A stretch of 64,000 nucleotides of DNA. Origin: Patescibacteria group bacterium (GTDB taxonomy: Bacteria > Patescibacteriota > Patescibacteriia > JAQUQO01). The notes beneath the pieces were generated by a model. It worked only from the letters and a program-made list of their open reading frames with translations, was not told the origin of the DNA and did no database searches. Both the position numbers and the translations under genes were made by a program. The DNA is taken from the NCBI GenBank assembly GCA_028716045.1, contig JAQUQO010000001.1, positions 452,096 through 516,095 of the forward strand. The letters are read 5' to 3'. Of this stretch, positions 9,478 to 18,509 are shown one piece after another (positions within the stretch are counted from its first letter, which is position 1; every line of letters begins with the position of its first letter).

Positions 9478-12400
9478 CTATTCTATAACTCCGGTATAAG
9501 CAATGGCTCTGATCGCCGCCCAATCAAGAGGAGATTTGGGAAGGCGCCAAAAGATTGCCTTAAATTTGACAATGGCCGTTTTTTCCTTACTAAGTTCGCG
9601 GCTAAAACGGATGCGATACATCATGGTATTCCAAGCTAAATCCTCCTTGGCATCTTGGAAATTCGGTTCGTGCCCGACAATCTTTTTAAACATTTTCAAT
9701 ACCGTCCCCACCTGCGCTCTTTCTTTAGTGAGATTGCGTCCCACCGGCTTGGCGCCGATAGCCATTTTCTGGATATCTTCCCAGCTAACCGCCCCGCGAC
9801 CAACTGTCTCCAAATAATCGCGAATAACCGCCCGACGTTCTCCGGCACCGAGATTCTTAGTCTCTGTTGAAATACCATAACTGACGAAATTAGTGATGGC
9901 TGTCTCCTGCGCTTCCGTCAGACCAACTTTGAAAGCAATGGCGTCGGATTTGATGAGCGGCAGGTATTTGGCTTCGTCCGATTGTTTGCGAATCAAACTA
10001 AGCCCGGAAAGTATTTCCTCCACTTGGGAGGGGTCCTTAATAAGCACCGCCACCGGCGCGGGAGTCGCGACCGGAGCCGGCGTAATGGTTACTGCCTCAG
10101 GAGTTGTGGTCGGGGTCGGCGTACCGCCGCCACCGCCGGGCGACTGGCTCGGCGTCGGAACGTTCGCGGTGATACTCACTTCGCTGCTATCGGTATAGTT
10201 GGCATTTATATCCACCGTACGAATGGCATATTTATAGAAAGTTCCGGTAGTGACTGACCGGTCGGTGAAAGTTTTAACGCCATCCTGAACAACGGCATAA
10301 GACGAAGGGTTGACTAAAGAATTGCCTCCGTTATTTCTTAAAATTTCAATGTAATCAAAATCCGCGTCAGTCGGGTCGGTCCAAGTGAGGGTGACGCTGG
10401 TGCCATCCGTGGAAATGCCGATATTCTCCGCGATTCCCGGCGGAACCGGGTCCCCGTTGCGGCCAGAGGAAGAACCGCTGACAGAACCCAAAACACCGAA
10501 GGATGAAAAGTGGCTCACTTGGCAAGTAATGGAATTGTTTTCCGTATCCACGGTGGTTGGGAAAGTCTCCCAGGTCTGGGAAGAAACATTAAACGTCCCG
10601 CACATAAGTTTGGATTCATCTACGCCTGCGGCCGTCACGTCAGCGGCAGTATAAGGCAAAGTTAAGGTGACAGCATCGCCGCTTAAGGACTTACCAAGCG
10701 CGTTACCGCTGGAATCTTTGGGGGCAATATCATAACCGCTGGCTCCGACAAAATTCATATCCGTGCCCGGGTCAACGGCAATGGTGGGGTCTTTGGTAAT
10801 ATCAATTTTACCGGTGTTGGAATCGGTAGTGGAAAGTGTTGAGCTTGGGATATTAATCTCTAACCCCGCTATTTGATCTGATTTAATAAGACCGCCGGTG
10901 GAAGGGACTAAGGTTCCCGTGTCACTACCCGAAGTGAATCCCGTAATATCAGTGTCAAGGGATAAGGTCGCTGTGGAACCGCCCTGCACCACGCCGCCGG
11001 AAATCACTACTGAACCGGCGGAGGATTTCTTGCCGTTATCGCCATAAGCCTCCACGCTCCAAGTACCGTTGGTCAAATTAAGAGTGGCATTGCCGGTTGT
11101 CTTGTCATTTTCTGCCACAATAACCTTGCCATCTTTAGTGGCGATAACTTTAGCATTGCCAGTATAAGCAGCTCCGCTCAATTGCACGGCAATCGTATGG
11201 CCGGTGCCATTGGCGCCGCTGGCCTTGGTCAAGGTAATAGGCGTAGACATTGTCAGGTTGCCTCCGGAAACTACAGCGGTAGTTGTTGCTGGCTCATAAC
11301 CAGGTTTAAACACTCTGACATTATAAGTGCCTTCCGGTACATTAGTTAAACTAAAATTATTATCCGGATCTGATTGGGCGGTTGACATAACGTCAAAGAA
11401 TCGACCGCTATTGGCATTGGAAAAAATAATTCTGGCTCCGAAAATATTACTTGAACCGTCATAAACACGCCCGGTGACAGTGCGCAAATTAGCCGGCGGA
11501 GTACAAGTGACAGCGTGCGTACCGCCAGCTGTCACGGTTACTGTCTGGCCAGCGCAGAGTTCTCCATATTTCGGACCGCCGCCACGCACCGTATAAGTAC
11601 CGGGTGGAACTTTTACGATATAGGCTCCGCTACTATTCTGGCTGATACCAGCTCCGCGGCCATTGCTGTCGCGAATGTCCACAAAAGCATCAGCAATGCC
11701 GGTGATAGTAACCGTGACTGTCCCCGGGTTGCCCATAGAAAGATCAACAGTTACTGCCCCGCCGGAAGACACAGTCACTCCGGTTACCGGAGTCAAAGGA
11801 CCAGCTCCATATATAAATCCGTCGCAAGTATAATTTGAACCGGCCTTTACTTTTATCGAGTAAGTACCGTCATTACCAGATTGAGTATTATTACCTCCGC
11901 TGGAACTATGGCAAGCCACAAAAGCTCCGCCGGTTGCCACGTTATTTTTCTTAACCGTGCCGGAAATCGTGCCATAACTCGCCGCAGTAGCGGCAATATT
12001 TTGTCCAGTAGCGGAAGTGGTGCCAGAAATCACTACCACTTTATTACCCACTTCTCCATATGACGGAGCATAGGCGCGCACACACCAAGTTCCGGCAGAA
12101 ACATACAAAGTATAATTGCCGGATTGGTCGGTTGGCGAATCGGCATGGCCGCCGGTAGGTGTAAAACTTTCGCAAGTGCCTCCCGAAGCAATTTTCTCCG
12201 CGCCTACATTAGCATATTTTATGCCATTGCCGGCTTCATCTAAAACCTGCCCGGAAATTGTGGTGGAACTCTTTACCATTTTTATGGTGATAGAAGCCAC
12301 GCCCGTACCGTTTTGAGTTAAGGAACCGCTTTTATCAACTGTCACTTCCTGCTCTTCGGACATCGGCATGCCCGGAGCGTCAGCGCCCACGATGTAAGTA

Positions 12401-15400
12401 CCCGGTGAAACTTTTACGGAAAAACTGCCATCGGATTTACTTTGACTAAACCCGCCGAAACACTCCATACCCTCACCGGTAGTGGCATCAAAACAACCGA
12501 TTGGCGCCGCGTGCACATAAACATTGGCAATTCCATTATTACTGCCGTCTTTAACAAAACCAGTAATAGTATTGCCGGCGACTACTAAATCAAAAGTGAT
12601 GGCCGAGGGGTTGGAATCTGTGGGAACCACGACATCAACCGGCTTGGGCGGCATAAAATCAAAATCCGGCATTGGCGGAGGTCCGCCATTACCCATGGAT
12701 GTCGTCGGCATATGCGGACCGGCGCCGCAAGTATAGGTATTGCCGGGTTGAAGTTTAACCGTCGTCGTTCCCGCCCCAGCCCCATCCAAAGTTATGGTCT
12801 TCATAGTCGGCGTGGAAAACTGGTAATCCGAACCCCCGGAATGACAGAAAACATCAATGCTTTTGCCGCTCATCGCCGCCGAACTGGCAATTGTCACACC
12901 GAGCGATTTGCCGGTAGCGGACAAGTCGGCAAATTTAAAATCAGCATCAGTCTTGGAAGCATCAGATAAAGTAATATTCTGGAAACCTCCGCCGCCGCCA
13001 CCGACGTTAGCTAAACACCCCTGACCCGTAGGCAAACCACAACCGTATTGACCGGCTGACAATCCCGAAATAGACCAGTCGCCGGAAGCATCAGTAGAGG
13101 TTTCCAGATGACCAGCCGTCACACCGGTACCATAACCGCCCATGGAATCGCAGAAAACTCTGGCCCCCACAACCGCGCTATCTTCTCCGCCGCAAGTGCC
13201 GCCGGAAGCCGAGCCCTTACAAACCGTTCCTGAAATAGTCAAACTTCCGGCAGCGCTAACAGAGAACGGCGATGCCTGTAAAGTTTGGCCAAGTTTAACT
13301 CCGGTATTATCTTTAATAACAATAGGAACTCTTTGATTATCTGCTGGGGTGGAAGGATTTTTAAGACCTTGTAATTCAAAGTGAATTTGGTCACCGGAAG
13401 CAATAGCGGCCGTACCGGTAGTAACCGTAATAGTCAGAGCCACACTATCTATGGCTGCCGAAGCGATAGTCGGCGCGTTAGCGGCTGGGCCATTAATATC
13501 CCGATTTAACCAGGAATCCTGCTCGGTCGGCACGCCGATACTAGTCAAAACAAAACCAGTGGGCATAGTTAAAATAAATTGCGAGCCCGAGGGTAATGCC
13601 GCCGGAGCGGGAAATTCACAATCTAAATTGCCTGTCTTATCAGTCAGAGAATTTACTGGCTGACACCTTACGGGGTTCATCCAAAAAGTAGCAAAGTTGG
13701 TACCTGACTGAAAATCCTGAGTATTACCCGTACCAAGCATTCCGCCGGTGGTGGCTGAATTAAGAACCTTGAAATTAGCTATGTTATTTGAACTGTCCGT
13801 ATCCATGACATTACCGGCTAAATCGCGAACTCCTGTGCTAACAGTCAAACGGCAACTTTGGTCAGTCTGTAAACCTAAGGCGCGAATTTCCAATTCTTTA
13901 GTGTCTGGACGCCAAGAAGCATCTTTGCCGGCAAGATTAACTGTCACCCCTACCGGGCATTCAAAAGTAAGATTAGTGGTGTTAGGATTACTGCCGCTCA
14001 AAATATCAGGGACTTGTAGCGCCTCTGAGAAATGAGCCACTAATTTAAAATTATCCGCGTCAGCAAAAAGCAACTTGGGCTTAGTGGTATCTGAGTCATT
14101 GGCCGTCGTAAAACATTGATTGGCCGAAGCGGTCAAGGCATTACCCGCCATATCTTCAATAGCATTAGTCACTTGAAAACAATATTTTGTGTTACCTGCC
14201 AGCGCTGATTTCAAACCCATACGGACGGTCATACTCGCCGGGTCATAAAACATTGAGAGATCATCTGACCCCAACAATGTTTCTCCACCGTCCCTTGCGT
14301 TATTACTATTGGCATCGGCGTATAAACCGATATTGGTTCCCAGGGAAAAAGTAGTGGAATCAAGGGCTTCGGAAAAATAAATGCCTACTTCCGGCACATA
14401 ACGGGAAACGCCAGTAGCTTCGTTGGCGGGAGAAGTGGGATTAGTAGTTCTGATTGTCGGAGCGGTAGTATCAGTCTCAGTGCCGGTGATGAATCTCGCT
14501 ATATAAGGCGGATTCACCGCTACGCCGGCGCTATTGGTCATTGTTGCTTCCACCCTCAATTCATATTCAGTACTAACGGTTAAGGCCGTTGCCGGTTCAA
14601 CCGTTAAAGTTCTGTTAGTGGAATTATAGGTTAAAGTACAATCGGCTCCGCAAAGGTCATCGCCCGACGGGATACCAGAACTCAAGGCCTTAAACGTGAT
14701 GTTGGCATGATTATCAACGGCACCAGCGCCGGAAGTTATCATATCCCCTTCCGGGCCCTGAGAAAAAGTTAAAGTCATTTTTGTATTGGTCGGCACCAAG
14801 GTAGTACCGGGCATGGGAGTACTGTTCATTACGCGGGGCATTGTACTATTATCTCCGCCGCTAAAAGAACTGGTAGTAAACATTCCTTCAAAAGCCAAAC
14901 CGGACGGCACTCCGCCAGCGCAAACCTCTATTGGGCAGTCACCGGCCGCGTTGCCTGCCACATCAGTCACGCTATTGGTGATAAAAAATCTATATCCTCC
15001 CGTGGCCCGTACCGGCAAAGCATCGTGATTACAAATAATTCGATTATTGTTGCTAAGAGTAGTGGAAGTGCAAAGATTCGTTGTCCCGAAAACATCCCCC
15101 GGGTCAACGGTTACCAATCTTACTGTGTCATTATCAAGGCTGCCGCCGTCAGCTGTGACAGTGTTAGGATTTAAGTTTTCCGAAAATTGCCGATCTAATA
15201 AGGCATCCACCGGAACATTGCCCTGACCGGTCGGAGGACCACCCGTGGTTGTCGCTACTGGAGCAATGGCATCATCGGTGATAGTAATTATATTAGACGT
15301 CTTGGCAGTGATGGTCGGCGAAGAACCCGAAGTAACTATGCCGTCAGCGGCAATACCCACGGTAAAAGCATGACCGACCGTAGGCGCATCAGAAATTTCC

Positions 15401-15924
15401 GCCATGACAATAAAAGTAGTTGAGGTGGCCGGGATGGCATTATCAAGAATAGTCATTGATTCTGTCCAAGGGCTACCCCCGCTTAAGCCATCTGACATTG
15501 CGGCATAAACATCTTCAAGGGGGTCATAAGTACCATTGCCATTAGCATCTCTTACCACCCATAAGGGAGCGTTGCCACCGCCAGCCGAAGCCAAATCGCC
15601 AGAAGCAAACCCGCTTGAACCGGTAATTGTAAATGTTAGACTGGTAATTGTTTCTCCGCTACTGGCGGCTAAATTAAATTTTAATACCTGCACAAATGAT
15701 GGGGCTGTGCCATATACGCTAGCCTTAGCTTTTTGTCCGGAAAAAGTCATATCCGTGGCTCCGCTGGCGGTTACTGCCGCTAAAGCAAAGCCCGGGAAAA
15801 GAATAACGATTGAAGCTCCTACTGACCACAAAATAGTCGTAAAAACGATAAAAAGCGTGCCGAGCCGGTTCACGCTTTCCCTTAATTTGCGATGCCATTT
15901 CTTATTTTTTGAACATCTTTTCAT
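9478..15924 (-). CDS. Giant (2148 aa) cell-surface protein
   Basis: Uninterrupted 6.4-kb ORF with SD AAGAGG upstream. N-terminal signal anchor. Gly/Thr/Ser-rich with many predicted beta-sandwich (Ig-like, carboxypeptidase-regulatory-like) repeats and a recognisable FN3-like segment (VTLTWTDPTDADFDYIEIL). A Pro/Thr linker precedes a unique ~200-aa C-terminal domain. Confidence 0.85.
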   Translation of the reverse strand: MKRCSKNKKWHRKLRESVNRLGTLFIVFTTILWSVGASIVILFPGFALAAVTASGATDMTFSGQKAKASVYGTAPSFVQVLKFNLAASSGETITSLTFTITGSSGFASGDLASAGGGNAPLWVVRDANGNGTYDPLEDVYAAMSDGLSGGSPWTESMTILDNAIPATSTTFIVMAEISDAPTVGHAFTVGIAADGIVTSGSSPTITAKTSNIITITDDAIAPVATTTGGPPTGQGNVPVDALLDRQFSENLNPNTVTADGGSLDNDTVRLVTVDPGDVFGTTNLCTSTTLSNNNRIICNHDALPVRATGGYRFFITNSVTDVAGNAAGDCPIEVCAGGVPSGLAFEGMFTTSSFSGGDNSTMPRVMNSTPMPGTTLVPTNTKMTLTFSQGPEGDMITSGAGAVDNHANITFKALSSGIPSGDDLCGADCTLTYNSTNRTLTVEPATALTVSTEYELRVEATMTNSAGVAVNPPYIARFITGTETDTTAPTIRTTNPTSPANEATGVSRYVPEVGIYFSEALDSTTFSLGTNIGLYADANSNNARDGGETLLGSDDLSMFYDPASMTVRMGLKSALAGNTKYCFQVTNAIEDMAGNALTASANQCFTTANDSDTTKPKLLFADADNFKLVAHFSEALQVPDILSGSNPNTTNLTFECPVGVTVNLAGKDASWRPDTKELEIRALGLQTDQSCRLTVSTGVRDLAGNVMDTDSSNNIANFKVLNSATTGGMLGTGNTQDFQSGTNFATFWMNPVRCQPVNSLTDKTGNLDCEFPAPAALPSGSQFILTMPTGFVLTSIGVPTEQDSWLNRDINGPAANAPTIASAAIDSVALTITVTTGTAAIASGDQIHFELQGLKNPSTPADNQRVPIVIKDNTGVKLGQTLQASPFSVSAAGSLTISGTVCKGSASGGTCGGEDSAVVGARVFCDSMGGYGTGVTAGHLETSTDASGDWSISGLSAGQYGCGLPTGQGCLANVGGGGGGFQNITLSDASKTDADFKFADLSATGKSLGVTIASSAAMSGKSIDVFCHSGGSDYQFSTPTMKTITLDGAGAGTTTVKLQPGNTYTCGAGPHMPTTSMGNGGPPPMPDFDFMPPKPVDVVVPTDSNPSAITFDLVVAGNTITGFVKDGSNNGIANVYVHAAPIGCFDATTGEGMECFGGFSQSKSDGSFSVKVSPGTYIVGADAPGMPMSEEQEVTVDKSGSLTQNGTGVASITIKMVKSSTTISGQVLDEAGNGIKYANVGAEKIASGGTCESFTPTGGHADSPTDQSGNYTLYVSAGTWCVRAYAPSYGEVGNKVVVISGTTSATGQNIAATAASYGTISGTVKKNNVATGGAFVACHSSSGGNNTQSGNDGTYSIKVKAGSNYTCDGFIYGAGPLTPVTGVTVSSGGAVTVDLSMGNPGTVTVTITGIADAFVDIRDSNGRGAGISQNSSGAYIVKVPPGTYTVRGGGPKYGELCAGQTVTVTAGGTHAVTCTPPANLRTVTGRVYDGSSNIFGARIIFSNANSGRFFDVMSTAQSDPDNNFSLTNVPEGTYNVRVFKPGYEPATTTAVVSGGNLTMSTPITLTKASGANGTGHTIAVQLSGAAYTGNAKVIATKDGKVIVAENDKTTGNATLNLTNGTWSVEAYGDNGKKSSAGSVVISGGVVQGGSTATLSLDTDITGFTSGSDTGTLVPSTGGLIKSDQIAGLEINIPSSTLSTTDSNTGKIDITKDPTIAVDPGTDMNFVGASGYDIAPKDSSGNALGKSLSGDAVTLTLPYTAADVTAAGVDESKLMCGTFNVSSQTWETFPTTVDTENNSITCQVSHFSSFGVLGSVSGSSSGRNGDPVPPGIAENIGISTDGTSVTLTWTDPTDADFDYIEILRNNGGNSLVNPSSYAVVQDGVKTFTDRSVTTGTFYKYAIRTVDINANYTDSSEVSITANVPTPSQSPGGGGGTPTPTTTPEAVTITPAPVATPAPVAVLIKDPSQVEEILSGLSLIRKQSDEAKYLPLIKSDAIAFKVGLTEAQETAITNFVSYGISTETKNLGAGERRAVIRDYLETVGRGAVSWEDIQKMAIGAKPVGRNLTKERAQVGTVLKMFKKIVGHEPNFQDAKEDLAWNTMMYRIRFSRELSKEKTAIVKFKAIFWRLPKSPLDWAAIRAIAYTGVIE

Positions 15925-16130
15925 AAAACCTCTTAAATTTTAAGTTTATTAAAAATATATAAAAAATTAAAATTTAACCCTCCTTTTGGACTAATATAAA
16001 AATTTGTTCCTCTTGTACTAAAGAGTTATCCACAAGCACTTTTTCTCACTTTTCTGTATTAAATTATACCAAAAATTAAACCGTCAAGCAATTAAAAAGG
16101 GTGGAGGGGGTGGTTAAAACAATACTCGGT

Positions 16131-16180
16131 GGTCCGTAAGCTGTAAGCCATAAGCCAATTACAGACTATCCCCTACCCCA
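16131..16180. repeat. Copy A of a ~45-nt conserved intergenic motif (GGTCCGTAAGCYGTARKCCRTRAGC...AGACT...C-rich)
   Basis: ggtccgtaagctgtaagccataagccaattacagactatcccctacccc. A closely related sequence occurs again at 56836-56878. G-rich tract just upstream, C-rich tract downstream. Confidence 0.4.
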
Positions 16181-16214
16181 GTCATTCGATTAGATAGGGC
16201 TTGGGGAACTAACT

Positions 16215-16994
16215 TTATAATTCCGGGGAATTTTTGTTATTCGCGTATAAAAATCCCATATTTTTTTCAAATTTTGACGGGAAAATTTGCGTTCCAAATC
16301 CTTTTTCTCGCAACATACCCTCTAATTCTTTATGCGACCGATTATTAAAATTATGATATTCCAAGATAATGGCTTTGATTCTCTCCCATTCCCCTTCTGC
16401 CAAACCCTTAAAAACCTCAAATTCTCCTCCTTCTATATCCATTTTAAGAAGGGGGATTTTCTTTATCTTCTCTAAACGAAGTAAATCCCCTAAGCTCACT
16501 ACTGACACTTTAACGAAATCAGAACATTCTCCCCCCTCTTCCGCCAAGCGATGGTTGTGACTGTCCGCAGAAAGACAAAGACGCCCTTCACCGGACTTGC
16601 CGCCCAAAGCAACGGGCAAAACTTTCACTCCCGAAATTTCATTTTCCGTAAGATGTTTTTTTAACATTTCGCGATTCTTGGCTTCCGGTTCCAGCGCGAA
16701 TATCTTCACCCGGTCATTAAAGCTGCGGGCGTATAACGTAAAAAATCCGGCGTGCGCGCCGACATCTATAATCGGCTCGCTCGCCGACTTAATCGCCTCT
16801 TCGGCCGCGCGATATTCTCTCAATTTAAAAATTTCCGCGACCACGCTGCGGTCCGCTTCGTCTCGCGGATAAATTTTATAAACCCGGCCGTTAAATTTTA
16901 TAACTTCCTGCTGCATATATATTTTATCGATCGCGCTACGCTTCTTTAAAATTATACGCTGGGACTCCGCTTTCGCAATACGATGGTAAACCAT
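16215..16994 (-). CDS. FkbM-family SAM-dependent methyltransferase
   Basis: 259 aa. DVGAHAGFFTLYA ... KMDIEGGEFEV are hallmark FkbM-domain motifs. Confidence 0.75.
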   Translation of the reverse strand: MVYHRIAKAESQRIILKKRSAIDKIYMQQEVIKFNGRVYKIYPRDEADRSVVAEIFKLREYRAAEEAIKSASEPIIDVGAHAGFFTLYARSFNDRVKIFALEPEAKNREMLKKHLTENEISGVKVLPVALGGKSGEGRLCLSADSHNHRLAEEGGECSDFVKVSVVSLGDLLRLEKIKKIPLLKMDIEGGEFEVFKGLAEGEWERIKAIILEYHNFNNRSHKELEGMLREKGFGTQIFPSKFEKNMGFLYANNKNSPEL

Positions 16995-17902
16995 TTCCGC
17001 CCGCGAAGATCCTGATTATCCTCATAGAGGACTCCAAATCCGTCGCCCGCCAACCTCTTAATATCATCGGGGGTATAAAAATAAAAGGTTCTGGGGCCAA
17101 ATTCATCAATTTTTGTTTCTTCTTTATAATCGCCAAATTTTAAAGAAATGTAAAAAATCCCCCCATCATTAAGGGCCACTTGGGCTTTCTCCAAAATCCG
17201 CTTAACGGAGCTTTTATCGGAATGTAATAATGAAGCAAAAGCGAAGATTATATCTAAACCAAGGGGAAATCGGAAATCTTCAAAATCGGCGATTTTAAAA
17301 ACGGTTCCGGGGACATTCGTTCTGGCAAGCGCTATCATTTCCGGAGAAACGTCTATGCCTAAATAATTATTGGTATATTTTATTATTTCTTTGGCATCGC
17401 GGCCGTTGCCGCAACCAAGTTCTAAAATTTTTGGATCTTTCTTGCCGACAAAAGAGAAGGCCCTTTCTATGTCTTTTATTCTCGTCCCCACAGCGTCAAA
17501 CGTACCTGCTAATTTAATCGCTTCCTTTCGGTAAGTATTCATTGTCCTTTGCTTATTATCAATCAGAATTCTACTACCGCCGCGCCAATATCTCGCCCCC
17601 AAAAAGCCGAAGAAACCTAAAAAACCGAAAAACCCCGTGGATAAATCCGGGATTAAACCCAAAAGCCCCACCAACCCCAAAAAACCGATTTTCCATAAAT
17701 CTTTTGGCTCACCTCTTCTGAAGTAAATAAAGGTATTATAAAAAATTGAAGTAATAAAACTTAAAACAAAAACAAAAAATAAAATAAAATAAAAAAATAC
17801 GCCTTCTTCAATTTTAAAAAGACCGTAAAAAGCATTGCGTAAAATGACGGCTAGTATAGACAGCCCGAATAAAATATAGGTTATCTTGGTCTGTTTTTCC
17901 AT
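16952..17902 (-). CDS. Membrane-anchored class I SAM-dependent methyltransferase
   Basis: 316 aa. About 4 N-terminal TM helices, then ILELGCGNGRDAKEI (motif I). Overlaps the downstream FkbM gene by about 40 nt. Confidence 0.65.
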   Translation of the reverse strand: MEKQTKITYILFGLSILAVILRNAFYGLFKIEEGVFFYFILFFVFVLSFITSIFYNTFIYFRRGEPKDLWKIGFLGLVGLLGLIPDLSTGFFGFLGFFGFLGARYWRGGSRILIDNKQRTMNTYRKEAIKLAGTFDAVGTRIKDIERAFSFVGKKDPKILELGCGNGRDAKEIIKYTNNYLGIDVSPEMIALARTNVPGTVFKIADFEDFRFPLGLDIIFAFASLLHSDKSSVKRILEKAQVALNDGGIFYISLKFGDYKEETKIDEFGPRTFYFYTPDDIKRLAGDGFGVLYEDNQDLRGRKWFTIVLRKRSPSV

Positions 17903-17910
17903 ATTCTCAT

Positions 17911-17953
17911 TCTATCAAAAAATCGCCCCTTGATAAACTCGGGGCGATTTTTT
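17911..17953. terminator. Bidirectional rho-independent terminator (AAAAAATCGCCCC...GGGGCGATTTTTT), directly abutting the start of the membrane MTase gene
   Basis: Perfect 10-bp GC-rich stem with an A-run on one side and a T-run on the other. On the minus strand it is followed by TGATAGAAT-N6-ATG. Confidence 0.6.
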
Positions 17954-18041
17954 GCCGCTAAAAAGAAAAGGAGGCAAACCTATGGATAGAAATATATTAA
18001 AGAACATCAGCGGCTTGTCTTGTTTGGAGTGAGCGCTACGG

Positions 18042-18479
18042 CTATTTCGGCGTTTCCGGCCTGATTTGGATTGTCTGCGCCGTGATACTACCATCGTCAT
18101 TCTTTTTCCCGCTGACCGTGACTGTCTTACCGATTTCCAAGTCGCTCGTCGCGCCACTCACAAATTTGTTAACCTCCGTGCTTTCCCCGAAAAAAATAAT
18201 TTTAGAACCGCCGTCAGAAAGTTTGACGGTAATACTTTTATCGTCTTTGGAAATGATTTCTCCGGCGATAAATCCTCCGCCCGCTTTCAGGTCTTTCCCC
18301 TCTCCCCCGCCAAACCCCAATTGTCCGGAAGGAGCTTGCCGCCCCGCTGATGGCCAATCGGCAAAATTCACATCGCCTCTCCCGAATTTTTTATGTTGGC
18401 CGTACTTCAGGCCGGCATAGAATGCCCCGCCGCCGGCGACGATAGCCACGATGAGAATGACTAACAATGTTTTCTTCAT
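18042..18479 (-). CDS. Small membrane-anchored secreted protein, Gly-rich linker + beta-rich C-terminal domain (DUF5666-like); paralog of 22269-22778
   Basis: 145 aa. N-terminal TM/signal, GFGGGEGKDLKAGGG linker, then ITVKLSDGGSKIIFFGESTEV...TVTVSGKKNDDGSITAQTIQIRP. This aligns by eye with the C-terminal domain of the 169-aa protein. Confidence 0.55.
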   Translation of the reverse strand: MKKTLLVILIVAIVAGGGAFYAGLKYGQHKKFGRGDVNFADWPSAGRQAPSGQLGFGGGEGKDLKAGGGFIAGEIISKDDKSITVKLSDGGSKIIFFGESTEVNKFVSGATSDLEIGKTVTVSGKKNDDGSITAQTIQIRPETPK

Positions 18480-18509
18480 ATATTTAATTAGTTTTGAATT
18501 TTTTACTTA

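Noticed and set aside
9503-15943. Numerous 60-135-aa + strand ORFs inside the giant gene region
   Set aside because: All are embedded antisense in the 6.4-kb minus-strand ORF, which has a clear SD, start and terminator. No independent signals.
17915-18157. 80-aa minus-strand ORF (MARRATWKSVRQSRSAGKRM...)
   Set aside because: Overlaps the 3' end of the 145-aa gene and spans the strong terminator hairpin. Arg-rich translation typical of out-of-frame GC-rich sequence.
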